Under the pieces are notes generated by a model. That model was not told the DNA's origin, did no database searches, and saw nothing but the letters and a program-made list of their open reading frames with translations. Shown piece by piece: positions 40,519-51,116 of a stretch of DNA of 64,000 nucleotides. Position 1 is the first letter of the stretch. Every line of letters begins with the position of its first letter. The position numbers and the translations under genes are program-made. The stretch is taken from contig CAXXFK010000013.1 of assembly GCA_963663965.2 (NCBI GenBank), positions 1 to 64,000 of the forward strand, written 5' to 3'. This DNA comes from Sedimentisphaerales bacterium (GTDB taxonomy: Bacteria; Planctomycetota; Phycisphaerae; Sedimentisphaerales; SM23-30).

Positions 40519-41139
40519 ATGCGTATTATAGCAGGTTCCAAAGCACGATTTAAGTTGATTCCACCCAAGGATCGCACCACCCGGCCGATTACTGATCGGG
40601 TCAAAGAGTCATTATTTTCCATTCTTTATCCGTATCTGGAAGGCGCGATAGTCGCCGATATTTTTTGCGGGACCGGATCACTGGGGTTGGAGGCAGTGAG
40701 TCGCGGAGCGCGTCATGCCATCCTGGTTGACCAGGATTTTGATGCGATTAACCGCCTGAAACAGAATATTTCGCATCTGCAATTTTATGAGCAGACAACG
40801 ATCCGTAAACTGGACGCGTACCGATTCGGGATTCCCAGGATGGAACATATTCCCAGGCCGGTCGATCTGGTCTTTATCGATCCGCCGTTTGCCCATTTAC
40901 GAGACACCTCGGAACACTCGCGGCTGGCGAAGTTAATGCGTAAACTGGCTGCTCAGGTGGCAGACGAAGCCCTGGCGGTTATCCGGCATGAAGCCCGGGT
41001 CATTTTGCCGGAAAGTTTTACCGGCTGGCAGCAAAGTGACCGGCGCGATTATGGCAGTATGGCCATCACTTTTTATACCCAAATCCCCCAACTAAAATCC
41101 ATTGAGGAGCCGCAGGATGAAGAGCCCCGGCCCCTTTAA
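40519..41139 (+). CDS. rsmD: 16S rRNA m2G966 methyltransferase RsmD
   Basis: MRIIAG, TRPITDRVKESLF, DIFCGTGSLGLEA and DPPF motifs. Confidence 0.92.
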   Translation: MRIIAGSKARFKLIPPKDRTTRPITDRVKESLFSILYPYLEGAIVADIFCGTGSLGLEAVSRGARHAILVDQDFDAINRLKQNISHLQFYEQTTIRKLDAYRFGIPRMEHIPRPVDLVFIDPPFAHLRDTSEHSRLAKLMRKLAAQVADEALAVIRHEARVILPESFTGWQQSDRRDYGSMAITFYTQIPQLKSIEEPQDEEPRPL

Positions 41140-42397
41140 GGGAATCACCGCGCGTCAGGCGAGTATTCAGGTGGTCCATCGATTGCGTCAGGCCGGCCAT
41201 GAAGCCCTGTTCGCGGGAGGATGTGTCCGGGATATGTTGTTGAAACACCGGCCCTCGGATTTTGATGTGGCGACCAGCGCGCGACCCGGGCAGATTGATC
41301 AACTGTTCAAGCGAACCCTGATGGTTGGGGCCCAGTTTGGCGTCGTTGTTGTTTTATTAGAGAATCAACAGGTGGAGGTCGCTACTTTTCGCAGTGATGC
41401 CGATTACCGGGATGGCCGGCGTCCGGATCATGTGGTGTTTACGGATGCGCGTCATGACGCGTTACGGCGGGATTTTACTATCAATGGAATGTTTTACGAT
41501 CCGGTTGAAGGCGAGGTGATCGATTACGTCGGCGGCCAGGACGACCTGAAGGCGGGAATCATCCGCGCGATTGGGCGACCGCTGGAACGTTTTCAGGAAG
41601 ATCATTTGCGGATCATGCGGGCGGTGCGTTTTTCCGCGCGCTTACAGTTTGCCATTGAACCGGCCACCTGGCGGGCGATCTGCGACTGCGCCGGTGAACT
41701 GGAACGGATCAGTTCCGAGCGGATTATGGATGAACTGGGAAAAATAGTCCTGCATCCATCTCGTGATCAGGGGCTATGGATGGCGCGGCAGTCGGGAATA
41801 TTACCGGTTATTTTTCCGGAATTAAACTCCGAGCGTCTGGATGGCAGCCTCGCCCTGATTCGGCAATTGCCCCGGCGAAGCGATTTTTCCCTGGTACTGG
41901 CCGGGCTGATGGTTGGGCATCCGGGGGTACGGGTTGATAAAGTGTGTCGCCGCCTGAAATTAAGCAATGATATCCGCAAAAAAACGAGTTGGCTCTGTGA
42001 CTCAGTCAGATTATTGCTGGATAGTCTGCCGTTATCCAAGGGCCGGCTCAAGCAATGGCTGGCGCAGGCGGATTTTCCGGATTTATTATCATTGTGCCGG
42101 GCGTATCTGGGTCAGAAGCAGGAATCCTGTGTTCCGATCAAGCGTTTAAAAGATCAGATCCGTCAATTGGGTGATGAACCGATCAATCCGCCCCGTTTTC
42201 TGGATGGCAATGATTTACAGGCTTTAGGATGTCCACCGGGCCCCCTGGTCGGGGAACTGGACAGCGCGCTTTATCTGGCGCAACTTGAAAATGAGGTGAT
42301 CGACCGGGAGCAGGCGGTTGCCTGGGTTCGGGACTGGCTGTCGATCCGATTGGCCGGGGAGGTTAATAATATGCGCATAAATAAAGATCCCGAATAA
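41117..42397 (+). CDS. cca: Class II tRNA nucleotidyltransferase (CCA-adding)
   Basis: GGCVRD...DFDVAT, RRDFTING and EDHLR motifs; flexible loop present. Confidence 0.88.
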   Translation: MKSPGPFKGITARQASIQVVHRLRQAGHEALFAGGCVRDMLLKHRPSDFDVATSARPGQIDQLFKRTLMVGAQFGVVVVLLENQQVEVATFRSDADYRDGRRPDHVVFTDARHDALRRDFTINGMFYDPVEGEVIDYVGGQDDLKAGIIRAIGRPLERFQEDHLRIMRAVRFSARLQFAIEPATWRAICDCAGELERISSERIMDELGKIVLHPSRDQGLWMARQSGILPVIFPELNSERLDGSLALIRQLPRRSDFSLVLAGLMVGHPGVRVDKVCRRLKLSNDIRKKTSWLCDSVRLLLDSLPLSKGRLKQWLAQADFPDLLSLCRAYLGQKQESCVPIKRLKDQIRQLGDEPINPPRFLDGNDLQALGCPPGPLVGELDSALYLAQLENEVIDREQAVAWVRDWLSIRLAGEVNNMRINKDPE

Positions 42398-42407
42398 TCG
42401 GGATCTT
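42385..42407. terminator. Hairpin between convergent genes
   Basis: AAGATCCCGA-ATAA-TCGGGATCTT; lacks a long U tract. Confidence 0.45.
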
Positions 42408-42458
42408 GAATGGTTTTGGCAGATATTTTAGCGGCTAATACCGGTACGTTCGGTCATA

Positions 42459-45400
42459 TTACAGAATAATGACCTCAAATTCCGAGAATGAATCGGCAGT
42501 TTGAACACTGTCAAGACTGGTGTATGTCACACGCTGTTTTCCCGTGGAGCGTTTGTATTTAGAGATCGTATCGCAAACTGCCGAGCCGGAGACGATACTA
42601 CCGGCCGGGGTATTTAATAACAGGGAATCGATGTCCCGCGCGGCGATCTGGATACTGGACAGTTGTGAGTTCCGGGAACCGATGGACAGTTTGCCAATCG
42701 AGCTGACCGTGTCGAAATCATCCAGGCTATCCGGCATTCCGGGTACCGTGTCTTTAACGCCGGCAAAAATTGAGCCATTCATGGAATCGCTGATAGTCAT
42801 TTGTTCAATGCGGTTTGCCTGAATCGTTCCGCTGATGGTACCCGTAGTGAATTTACCCACACTATCGGCGCTCAGGTCGCCGGTATAATCGCCGCCGATT
42901 TTAGCATTGGCCAGCAGATCCGTGACAGTAATATCGCCGGTGAGGTCGCCTCGTACATTCAATTTACCGATATCGGTGGATGCGGTCAGGTCGCCGATGA
43001 AATTGCCGCGAACAGTCACTTTATCTGCTTCACCGGCTATGACCATATTGCCCGTATAGTCGCCTTTGACCGAGAAATTACTCAGATTGGCACCTGAAGT
43101 AATATCACCTGAAAAGTTTTCCTTGAAGTTCAGTTTCCGAATGTCTCCAGTCGTGGCAATATCGATCGCGCTATCCCCGGACCGGATTGACAGGTTGTCG
43201 ATACTGCCGGCAGTAATCGATCCGGCCGTCCAGGTGTCGGCTTTGATATTGACGTTACCACCGGCAATAAGATTGGCATCAGTGAGGTCGCCGGCTTTAA
43301 TTGAGACGCTTTCGCTGTTATTCCCCACGTTTAAGGTCCTGAACGATTCGATTTTAACGGTACGGCAGTGGGTGCCGGCAATCGTGATCGTGTCACTGAC
43401 GGTTAATTCGGGTGCATTCAGTGTCGTCAGGTCAGAGACAGTCAGATTTTCGATCGTCAGGGTATCTCCGTCAGTGGCAATTGAAACCGTCGCGTTGGCG
43501 CCGCCGGGAACAACCAGATTGTAACAATCGGCGCGTTCATCAGTATTGCCCGAAAGTAGTAAGTAGCCCGTCGCGCCGGCACTGGTCCTGATGGTTACGT
43601 TGTTACCCTCTCCGTCAATATATGATAGGGTATCGTTGGCCGGAAGGCTGACTCGATTGGGAACCAGGACTTCGGCTTTAACGGCTTCACCCACGTTATT
43701 CGTGCTGTCTTTCGGAACGATATAAACATCGTACCAGCCATAATTCACCTGACCTCCTGTGGTCACGGCGGCGGCGATATCCACCACGAATTTACCCGTG
43801 ATCGAGTCGGGAATGGCGGTCAGTTGGGTATCACTGCCGGTATCCAAACCGTTGCCGGCGATATCGATATAGAAAGTCAGGCTGACCGGGTCGCCCTGAT
43901 CATCGGTCGCGGTAATATCGAAGGTGAGTTCACCATCCGTTGAAGTGACGGGAGCGCCGTCGATCAGATTGTTGCCCTGCGGATGCAGGGTGTTGTCTGG
44001 ATTCGCAGGAATCACGATTTCCGGGGCATCATCATAAGAGCTGATATTGACCGGGATCGCCGCCGTGGAGGTCTGGTCCGCTCCGCCACCGGCTCCGGTA
44101 TCGATGGCGGTGATGATAATCGTATCAGAGCCATTGTAGTCCAGATCCGGTGTATACACGATGGAAGCCAGCGCGGCGTTTATCGAAGTGAGATTGCCCG
44201 TTAATGAAGAAACATTCAGGGTTCCGTGACTGGCGCTCAGGGCTACGGATAGTTGTCCGGAACTGGTATCCGGGTCACTGAGGGATATTCCGGTGATGGT
44301 GACAGCGGTATCCTCCAGGGTTAAGAGAGTTCCGGATGGGATGGTGATAGCGGGTGCGTCGTCGATTGAGAGGATCGTGATCGTAAATGTTTCGGTATTG
44401 CCGGTTGCGTCACCGCCATTGGCCGTGCCACCGTTATCACTGAGTGAAACCGTTACGGTAACCTCTCCATAAGCTTCCGGCGCCGGAGTAAAGGTCAGCA
44501 CGCCGCTGCTATTGATGGCCGGCAGGACCGTAAATAAATCATCATTATTGGTTGAGACCGTAAAGGTCAGGGTCTGTGAGGCCGTTTCGTCGTCGGCTCC
44601 GGCACTGATTGAAGTCGCCCAGGCGGCAGTATACGCGCCGCTGCCCTCATTGATTTCGAGGTCGGAGCCCTTGACAAAGGAGGGTTCATCGTTTACCGCG
44701 GTGACGTGGATGATCATGCTTTTGGTCGTAGCACTGAAGTCGGTACCGTCATGGACTTTGAAGTTGAAATAGGCATAATAATTACCATTGGCGTTGGCGG
44801 CCGGCAGGTAGGTTAGTTTGCCGGCAGTAATGTCAGTTGAGGTTATTTCATCATTGACAGCCGCCGCACCGCCGTTGATTTTGAGGGTCCCGGCGGTTGG
44901 CAGACCCACGATCCGGATTTTGGATAAACTATCGTTATCGGTATCATCGAAATTGAAATCGGCCACGGTGAATGTCGCGGTGCTGTCTTCCAGGACCGTA
45001 ACGGAGGGTGAACCGGTTACGGTCGGCGCTGTATTGAAATACCAGTTGGTATTGTTGCCGCTGTCAGTACTGTTCGTGCTGTGGAGATTAATGCTGGAAC
45101 CGCTGATGTTGTTGGAATCTTTGAGGTTCAGATAAGAAAGGGTATTGGTGCCTTGTGGATCAATTTTCCACTGGGTGCCGGTCGACGAACTGCGCAGGCT
45201 GAGCTGGTTGCTGACGACACCTTCAAGTTGCAGGGTATTGGTAATGGTTTGAGTCGAACCGGCTTCAAAGGTCAGGGTATCAGCAGTCTCAACTTCTTTA
45301 ATCAGTTTATAAAAGGTATTATCATCATTGATGGTCTGGCTGGCGCCATTCAGCGTAACCGTGTTGTTGTTGTGGGTGAAGGTGCCGCTATTGGTCCAGT

Positions 45401-47996
45401 CACCAGCCAGTGTAATCGCTTTGCCATTGGCGTCCAGGGTGTCACCGGTTTCAATGGTCAGGTCATCGATATCCGTGGCGCTGGTCAGGGTAAGTGTCTG
45501 GTTGTCCGTCGCGCTATCGATGGTCAGATCATAATCTCCGGTGAATTTTGAGCCATCATGATTCGCCGTGGCCGTATATTGAACGATACCAGAACCGGTT
45601 ACGGAGCCGGTTAACGCGGCGCTGCCACCTAACGTCAGCGTTTTGCTATTAAGGGCCAATGCGCCGGAGGCGCTGTTCACCGTAAGGGTTCCTGCGGAGG
45701 TATTGGCGCCCAATGTCACTGTTTTGGCGCCCGATACCGTCAGATCGTAGGCGCCGGTAAATTTATCACCGCTATGAGTGGCAGTATTGTCATAGATCAC
45801 CGTTCCGTTTCCTGTGACATTTCCGGTTAAGGCGGCCGTATTGCTTAAGGTGAGCGTATTGCCGGCCAGGGCCAGTGAGCCCCCGGAATTATCTATGGTT
45901 AAGGTGCCGACTTGCAGATTTCCGCTCATGGTAATGCCCTTGGCGCCGGTGATCGTCAGGGCGGTAATTGTGGCATTATCGGCGCTGAGCGGGGTGTTGT
46001 CGGTGTCATAGGCCAGGGTGACGGCAGAGAGCGTACCGGTTCCACTCAGGGTGAGTTGTTTGTTGTCGGCCGGCGCGGCGGTCGCCGTCAGGGTTTTGCC
46101 GGCGGCCAGATCGATGGTGCCGGATTCACTGACGGTCAGGGTAGTGATGGTGCAATCTTCATTAATGTCCAGGGTGTTACCGGTATTTGAAATCGTCACT
46201 GTGGAAAGAGTTCCTTTCCCGGACAGGGTAAGCGTCTTATTCATAGCCGGGTTGGCAGTGGCGGTCAGGGTTTTGCCGCTGGCAATATCGATCGTGCCGG
46301 TTTCGCTTAAGGTTAACGTGGTAATTGTGCCGCTTTCGTTGACATCCAGGGTATTGCCGGTATTAGAAATCGTCACTGCTGAGACAGTGCCGGCCCCGGA
46401 AAGTGTCAGGGTTTTGTTGACAGCCGGATTGGCGGTAGCGGTCAGGGTTTTCCCGCTGGCGACATCGATCGTCCCGGTTTCACTGAGAGTCAGTGTTGTC
46501 ACCGTACAACTCTCATTAATATCCAGGGTCGTGCCGGTGTTGGAGAGGGTGACTGCCGATACCGTCCCCTTACCGGAGAGGGTCAGGGTTTTGTCCTGGG
46601 CGGGAGTGGCGGCGGCAGTCAGCGTCAGGGTTTTGGTGTCCGCAACATCAACCGTAGCCGATTCATTCAGGGTCAGGGCGCTGACCGTACAGCTCTCATT
46701 GACATCCAGGGTGGTGTCATCGTTATCCAGAACGATTTTGGAAATCGTTCCGGTACTGGACAGGGTCAGGATTTTTTCCGAAGCAAGATCCGGATTGGTC
46801 AACGTCAGGGTTTTGGTGTTGGCGACATCGAGGGTGGCCGATTCGTTGATGTCGAGCGTGGTAATCGTACAGCTTTCATCAACGTTGAGTGTCGTTCCCG
46901 TGTTGTCGATACTGAGTTTGGATAAGGTGCCGGCTTCTCCCAGGGTTAATGTCTTATCTTCCGCCAGGGTGGTATTGGTCAAAGTGAGGGTTTTGGTATT
47001 GGCGATATTCACCGAAGCGTTCTGGTTAATGGTCAGAGAATTGACCGAACAGGATGCATTGACATCCAGAACAGAACCGGATCCGTTCAGGATGATCGAG
47101 GTAATGGCGCCGGTGGATGCCAGGGACAGGGTTTCATTGGCACTGACGCGTGCGGTGGTGGTGAGCGTTTTAGTATTGGCGACATCGACTGTCGCTGAAT
47201 CGACGATGGATAAGGTGGTGACCGAGCCGCTTTCGTCGACATCGAGAGTGGTCCCGGCATTGGCCAGAGAAACGGTGGTGATGGTTCCTTGTCCATCTAA
47301 TAACAGCGTTTTGGTGGCTGCCGGTCGTGCGGTGGTGGTGAGAGTTTTGTTATTGGCTACGGTGATCGTGCAATCATCGGATAGTGTCAGGGTCGTGATC
47401 GTGGCATTGCCATAAGCGGCCAGTTGTGCGGCCGCGCCCCCCAGACTCAGAGTCGATACGTTGGCGCCGTCACCGGTAAGGTTAACCACATTGTCTCCGG
47501 CGCTGATGGTGCTGTTGACCGGGCCGGTAATATTGAGGTTATTTCCAGTATCCGTCGGTGAAAAGTCAATCTCTCCGGTACCGCCGCCCCCAAAGATCAG
47601 GGTGCCGTTATTAATAATCGTTGCATCGCCATTATCGGTATCATTCCCTAGCATTAGATTGGCTGTACCGTTAAAATTAATAGTCAGGGATCCCCCCGAT
47701 TCAATATTCAGTGTTCCAATTCGGTCGGTATCGGCAGTGTTCAAATTAAAAACAACGGTTTCACCATCGGCGATATTAACCGTATCACCATGGGCGGCGA
47801 TGCTGGCATTGATTACTGCATCGGAATAGGTTCCTGAGGTTGGCGCCCAGGTAGCCAGTAATGCGCGCTGTTCGAGAGTTTCCAGTCGTAAAGATTTTTT
47901 GGGTATTCCTGATGAATTATTGGACTTTAATGGATTCGACAGGATGTTGTTGAGGCCGGTACGCTGGATCAATCTTCTGAGCTTACGCATGATCAT
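42459..47996 (-). CDS. Large extracellular repeat protein (LEPR-XLL/Planc_extracel N-terminus, beta-solenoid repeats, cadherin/Ig-like domains)
   Basis: LRLETLEQRALLA, ~59-aa Thr-rich repeats, NTAPT/VNDEPSF/IDDAP Ig-like boundaries, C-terminal beta-solenoid. Confidence 0.85.
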   Translation of the reverse strand: MIMRKLRRLIQRTGLNNILSNPLKSNNSSGIPKKSLRLETLEQRALLATWAPTSGTYSDAVINASIAAHGDTVNIADGETVVFNLNTADTDRIGTLNIESGGSLTINFNGTANLMLGNDTDNGDATIINNGTLIFGGGGTGEIDFSPTDTGNNLNITGPVNSTISAGDNVVNLTGDGANVSTLSLGGAAAQLAAYGNATITTLTLSDDCTITVANNKTLTTTARPAATKTLLLDGQGTITTVSLANAGTTLDVDESGSVTTLSIVDSATVDVANTKTLTTTARVSANETLSLASTGAITSIILNGSGSVLDVNASCSVNSLTINQNASVNIANTKTLTLTNTTLAEDKTLTLGEAGTLSKLSIDNTGTTLNVDESCTITTLDINESATLDVANTKTLTLTNPDLASEKILTLSSTGTISKIVLDNDDTTLDVNESCTVSALTLNESATVDVADTKTLTLTAAATPAQDKTLTLSGKGTVSAVTLSNTGTTLDINESCTVTTLTLSETGTIDVASGKTLTATANPAVNKTLTLSGAGTVSAVTISNTGNTLDVNESGTITTLTLSETGTIDIASGKTLTATANPAMNKTLTLSGKGTLSTVTISNTGNTLDINEDCTITTLTVSESGTIDLAAGKTLTATAAPADNKQLTLSGTGTLSAVTLAYDTDNTPLSADNATITALTITGAKGITMSGNLQVGTLTIDNSGGSLALAGNTLTLSNTAALTGNVTGNGTVIYDNTATHSGDKFTGAYDLTVSGAKTVTLGANTSAGTLTVNSASGALALNSKTLTLGGSAALTGSVTGSGIVQYTATANHDGSKFTGDYDLTIDSATDNQTLTLTSATDIDDLTIETGDTLDANGKAITLAGDWTNSGTFTHNNNTVTLNGASQTINDDNTFYKLIKEVETADTLTFEAGSTQTITNTLQLEGVVSNQLSLRSSSTGTQWKIDPQGTNTLSYLNLKDSNNISGSSINLHSTNSTDSGNNTNWYFNTAPTVTGSPSVTVLEDSTATFTVADFNFDDTDNDSLSKIRIVGLPTAGTLKINGGAAAVNDEITSTDITAGKLTYLPAANANGNYYAYFNFKVHDGTDFSATTKSMIIHVTAVNDEPSFVKGSDLEINEGSGAYTAAWATSISAGADDETASQTLTFTVSTNNDDLFTVLPAINSSGVLTFTPAPEAYGEVTVTVSLSDNGGTANGGDATGNTETFTITILSIDDAPAITIPSGTLLTLEDTAVTITGISLSDPDTSSGQLSVALSASHGTLNVSSLTGNLTSINAALASIVYTPDLDYNGSDTIIITAIDTGAGGGADQTSTAAIPVNISSYDDAPEIVIPANPDNTLHPQGNNLIDGAPVTSTDGELTFDITATDDQGDPVSLTFYIDIAGNGLDTGSDTQLTAIPDSITGKFVVDIAAAVTTGGQVNYGWYDVYIVPKDSTNNVGEAVKAEVLVPNRVSLPANDTLSYIDGEGNNVTIRTSAGATGYLLLSGNTDERADCYNLVVPGGANATVSIATDGDTLTIENLTVSDLTTLNAPELTVSDTITIAGTHCRTVKIESFRTLNVGNNSESVSIKAGDLTDANLIAGGNVNIKADTWTAGSITAGSIDNLSIRSGDSAIDIATTGDIRKLNFKENFSGDITSGANLSNFSVKGDYTGNMVIAGEADKVTVRGNFIGDLTASTDIGKLNVRGDLTGDITVTDLLANAKIGGDYTGDLSADSVGKFTTGTISGTIQANRIEQMTISDSMNGSIFAGVKDTVPGMPDSLDDFDTVSSIGKLSIGSRNSQLSSIQIAARDIDSLLLNTPAGSIVSGSAVCDTISKYKRSTGKQRVTYTSLDSVQTADSFSEFEVIIL
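46020..47410 (-). repeat. About eight intragenic tandem repeats of ~177 bp (59 aa)
   Basis: Recurrent TLD[VI]NE[SD][CG]T[IV]TTLT..E...ID[VIL]A..KTLT. The DNA motif TCCAGGGT recurs at ~46168, ~46345 and ~46522. Confidence 0.85.
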
Positions 47997-48295
47997 GCTC
48001 TCCTGTTGGGTTAATCTGAGATACTAATCGAGACAATTTTAAAGCAGGTCCGGATAATGTTACTGTAATTTATTGCAACATAGCAGTTTACAAAAAACAA
48101 CACTATCGGGTTTCGATTCAACGGATTTTATCACAATTCCGGGGTAACAGGGCCGGACAGAGTGGATGCCAAATCCAGTAAACATAGAAAATATCGGCCG
48201 TTAAAATAGGTAAGCTAAGTTAGATCTGTAAAATGTTTGTACTCAAACCTGAAAGCGGCTCTGGATTGAGATGCCGGATCGATCATAAACCATAT

Positions 48296-49213
48296 TTAAC
48301 GTAAATGGTTCAGAATGGCCTGTTTGCGGTATCGGTCAGGCGCAATCCCTACAAATTTCTTAAAGACGCGAGACAGGTAGTATTCGTCAGAGAATCCCAC
48401 CTGACGGGCAATGTGATATAAGGTATGGTCGGTACTGAGCAGGAGTTTCTGAGCCTCCTGAACGCGGCGTTTATTGATGTACTGGATGGGAGAGATCCCC
48501 AGCAGATTACTGAAGAGGTTGGAAAAGTAGGTAGGATTAAGATTGGCGATTTTGGCCAGAGATTCGATTTTAAGACTGGCGCCCAGATTGTCTTCGATGT
48601 AATCCAGTACGGTATCAAAGCGTGTCAGACCGTGCAGGGTATTAGAGGTGTGGGGTTGGTCATATTCCCGGAAAAAGACGGACAGGAGTATTCGTAACAG
48701 GGCATTGGTTTCCAGGATATTGGCCGGGGGTTTATCCCGGTCCTGCTGAATAGCGCGGTCGACTAACTGGCCATAGATGGGTTTATTGGCATCGTAGTCG
48801 ATGAGTTCTTTGCCGGGATTCAGTTCAATCAAGCGGTCCAGAACCGCCGGACCAATCCGGCAATCGGAGGCGGAGGCCTGGTAATTGCACCTGAAAATCG
48901 AAAGAATATCCAGTCCGGAAGGGATTCGAGAGGTAAAATGGATATAATAATGGCTGAATTGTTTCGGGCAATAGAGATTGACCGTGGTAAAGCAGGGGAT
49001 CAGGTAAAGATGATCAGGCAGCAGGGTATACTCTCTGTCATGATGGATTATCTGGCCATAGCCTTTAGTGATGTAGTAAATTCTTGAGTAAGGGTTGTTA
49101 ACATTCTGGTAGTTCCATTCGGTGCCAACGGTATAAAATTCGATATTCAGCAAGGTGATATCTAGATTATCCAAAATACTTTTCAATTCACGGGATTTGG
49201 GCATTTGGGCCAT
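48296..49213 (-). CDS. AraC family transcriptional regulator
   Basis: N-terminal cupin-like domain; C-terminal IARQVGFSDEYYLSRVFKK. Confidence 0.93.
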   Translation of the reverse strand: MAQMPKSRELKSILDNLDITLLNIEFYTVGTEWNYQNVNNPYSRIYYITKGYGQIIHHDREYTLLPDHLYLIPCFTTVNLYCPKQFSHYYIHFTSRIPSGLDILSIFRCNYQASASDCRIGPAVLDRLIELNPGKELIDYDANKPIYGQLVDRAIQQDRDKPPANILETNALLRILLSVFFREYDQPHTSNTLHGLTRFDTVLDYIEDNLGASLKIESLAKIANLNPTYFSNLFSNLLGISPIQYINKRRVQEAQKLLLSTDHTLYHIARQVGFSDEYYLSRVFKKFVGIAPDRYRKQAILNHLR

Positions 49214-49502
49214 CTGGAAGGGTCTCCTGTAACAGAAACATGCCGGAATATGAATGAATACCTGCGATTTGTCAGGTTTGGAAAAATGAAAAATATCGCA
49301 AGAATAATCTGAAAAACTAGTTTTACATATACCAGAAACTGGACTTAAAGCACATAAAAATAAAGGATTTTTATGGATAATTCCAGGATAAATAAACGCA
49401 AATTCTGTGAAATGTATAAAATAAATGTGAATTGTGTATTGTGAGTTACAGGATTATCAATTAAGTATATGGTCATTAATTCTATCAAGAAGGGAATTTA
49501 AA

Positions 49503-50933
49503 ATGAGAACAGCCAATCGCAGACTTTGTATTTCAGGTGAAACGGTGAAATGGAAAATTGTACGGATTGGAATCATTTTCTTTCTGTTTCAACTGATCCT
49601 GTCAACACCGCTACCAGCGAAATCCTGGCGCGAGGAAACGGATCAGGAGCGAGATACGCGTTTGGAATGGTGGCGTGAAGCCCGTTTTGGCATGTTTATC
49701 CACTGGGGCCTATATGCCGTTCCTGCGGGTACCTGGAATGGTAAAGAGGTGGGGGGGATTGGTGAATGGATCATGCACCACGGCCAGATCCCGGTGGAAG
49801 ATTATGAAAAATATTGTCAGCAGTTCAATCCGGTGAAATTTGACGCGGATGCCTGGGCGCGGATGGCCGCGGACGCCGGTATGAAATATCTGGTAATTAC
49901 CAGTAAACACCATGACGGATTCTGTTTGTGGGATAGCAAGGTTAGCGATTACGATATCATCGATCGGACCGGGTTTAAACGGGATACCCTGGCGGAGCTG
50001 GCCCAAGCCTGTAAGAAGCATGGGGTACGGCTTTGCTTTTACCATTCGATCATGGACTGGCATCATCCGGATTACCTGCCGCGGCGTCCCTGGGAGAAGC
50101 GGTCCGCGGAGGGAGCGGATTACAACCGTTATGTCGCGTATATGAAAGCCCAGCTTAAAGAACTGGTTCAGCGTTACGATCCGGGTATTCTGTGGTTTGA
50201 CGGCGAGTGGGAAAAAACCTGGACGCACGAGGAAGGGTTGAAGCTTTACGATTATGTCCGCTCGTTAAAACCGGATATTCTGGTCAATAACCGGGTGGAT
50301 AAAGGGCGGCAGGGCATGAAAGGCATTCATGACGCCAAGGAGTTCGCCGGCGATTTTGGCACGCCCGAACAGGAAATCCCCGCAACCGGCTTACCCGGTT
50401 ATGACTGGGAAACCTGCATGACGATGAACGATACCTGGGGATTTAAGAGTAATGATCACAATTGGAAATCGACCAGGACCCTCATCCAGAACCTGGTGGA
50501 TATCGCCAGTAAGGGAGGAAATTTTCTGCTGAATATCGGCCCGAAAGCCGATGGAACATTTCCCCAGGAAAGTATCGAACGTTTGGCGGAAATGGGGCAA
50601 TGGATGAAAGTCAATGGCGAATCGATTTATGGTACCTCGGCCAGTCCGTTCACAAAACTCGAGTGGGGGCGCTGTACCAAAAAAATCGAAGGCAGCAGCG
50701 CCACATTGTACCTGCATGTATTTAACTGGCCGGCGGATGGACAGTTGATGGTGCCGGGATTAAATGTCGGCCGTTCCATTGCCAGGAGTTATCTGCTGGC
50801 GAATGGAAAGGTGGTCAAATTGGTTTCAAACGACCAGGGTGTTTCGATAAATGTTGGCGCCAAACCGGTTGATCCGATCGATACTGTAGTGGTTGTGAAG
50901 ATTCAAGGGCCTTACACGATTGTGGAAAAGTAA
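49503..50933 (+). CDS. GH29 alpha-L-fucosidase
   Basis: RFGMFIHWG, SKHHDGF, LWFDG nucleophile region and WETCMTMN motifs. Confidence 0.93.
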   Translation: MRTANRRLCISGETVKWKIVRIGIIFFLFQLILSTPLPAKSWREETDQERDTRLEWWREARFGMFIHWGLYAVPAGTWNGKEVGGIGEWIMHHGQIPVEDYEKYCQQFNPVKFDADAWARMAADAGMKYLVITSKHHDGFCLWDSKVSDYDIIDRTGFKRDTLAELAQACKKHGVRLCFYHSIMDWHHPDYLPRRPWEKRSAEGADYNRYVAYMKAQLKELVQRYDPGILWFDGEWEKTWTHEEGLKLYDYVRSLKPDILVNNRVDKGRQGMKGIHDAKEFAGDFGTPEQEIPATGLPGYDWETCMTMNDTWGFKSNDHNWKSTRTLIQNLVDIASKGGNFLLNIGPKADGTFPQESIERLAEMGQWMKVNGESIYGTSASPFTKLEWGRCTKKIEGSSATLYLHVFNWPADGQLMVPGLNVGRSIARSYLLANGKVVKLVSNDQGVSINVGAKPVDPIDTVVVVKIQGPYTIVEK

Positions 50934-51116
50934 TCACTACGGTGTTTTCTAACGGACTTACGTTTGCTATTTTTCTGATTTGATCTGTAGTAGATATAAC
51001 CGTAGTTAAATAAAACTGCAAATTTGCATTCGTAACAATTATTCATAAAAGATGGTATGTACAATTTATTCACACAGAATCCGGTTTTTACCGGGATTTC
51101 TGAGAAAGGGATAACG

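Noticed and set aside
46018..47415. 465-aa plus-strand Val-rich ORF
   Set aside because: Antisense mirror of the Thr-rich repeats of the large extracellular protein.
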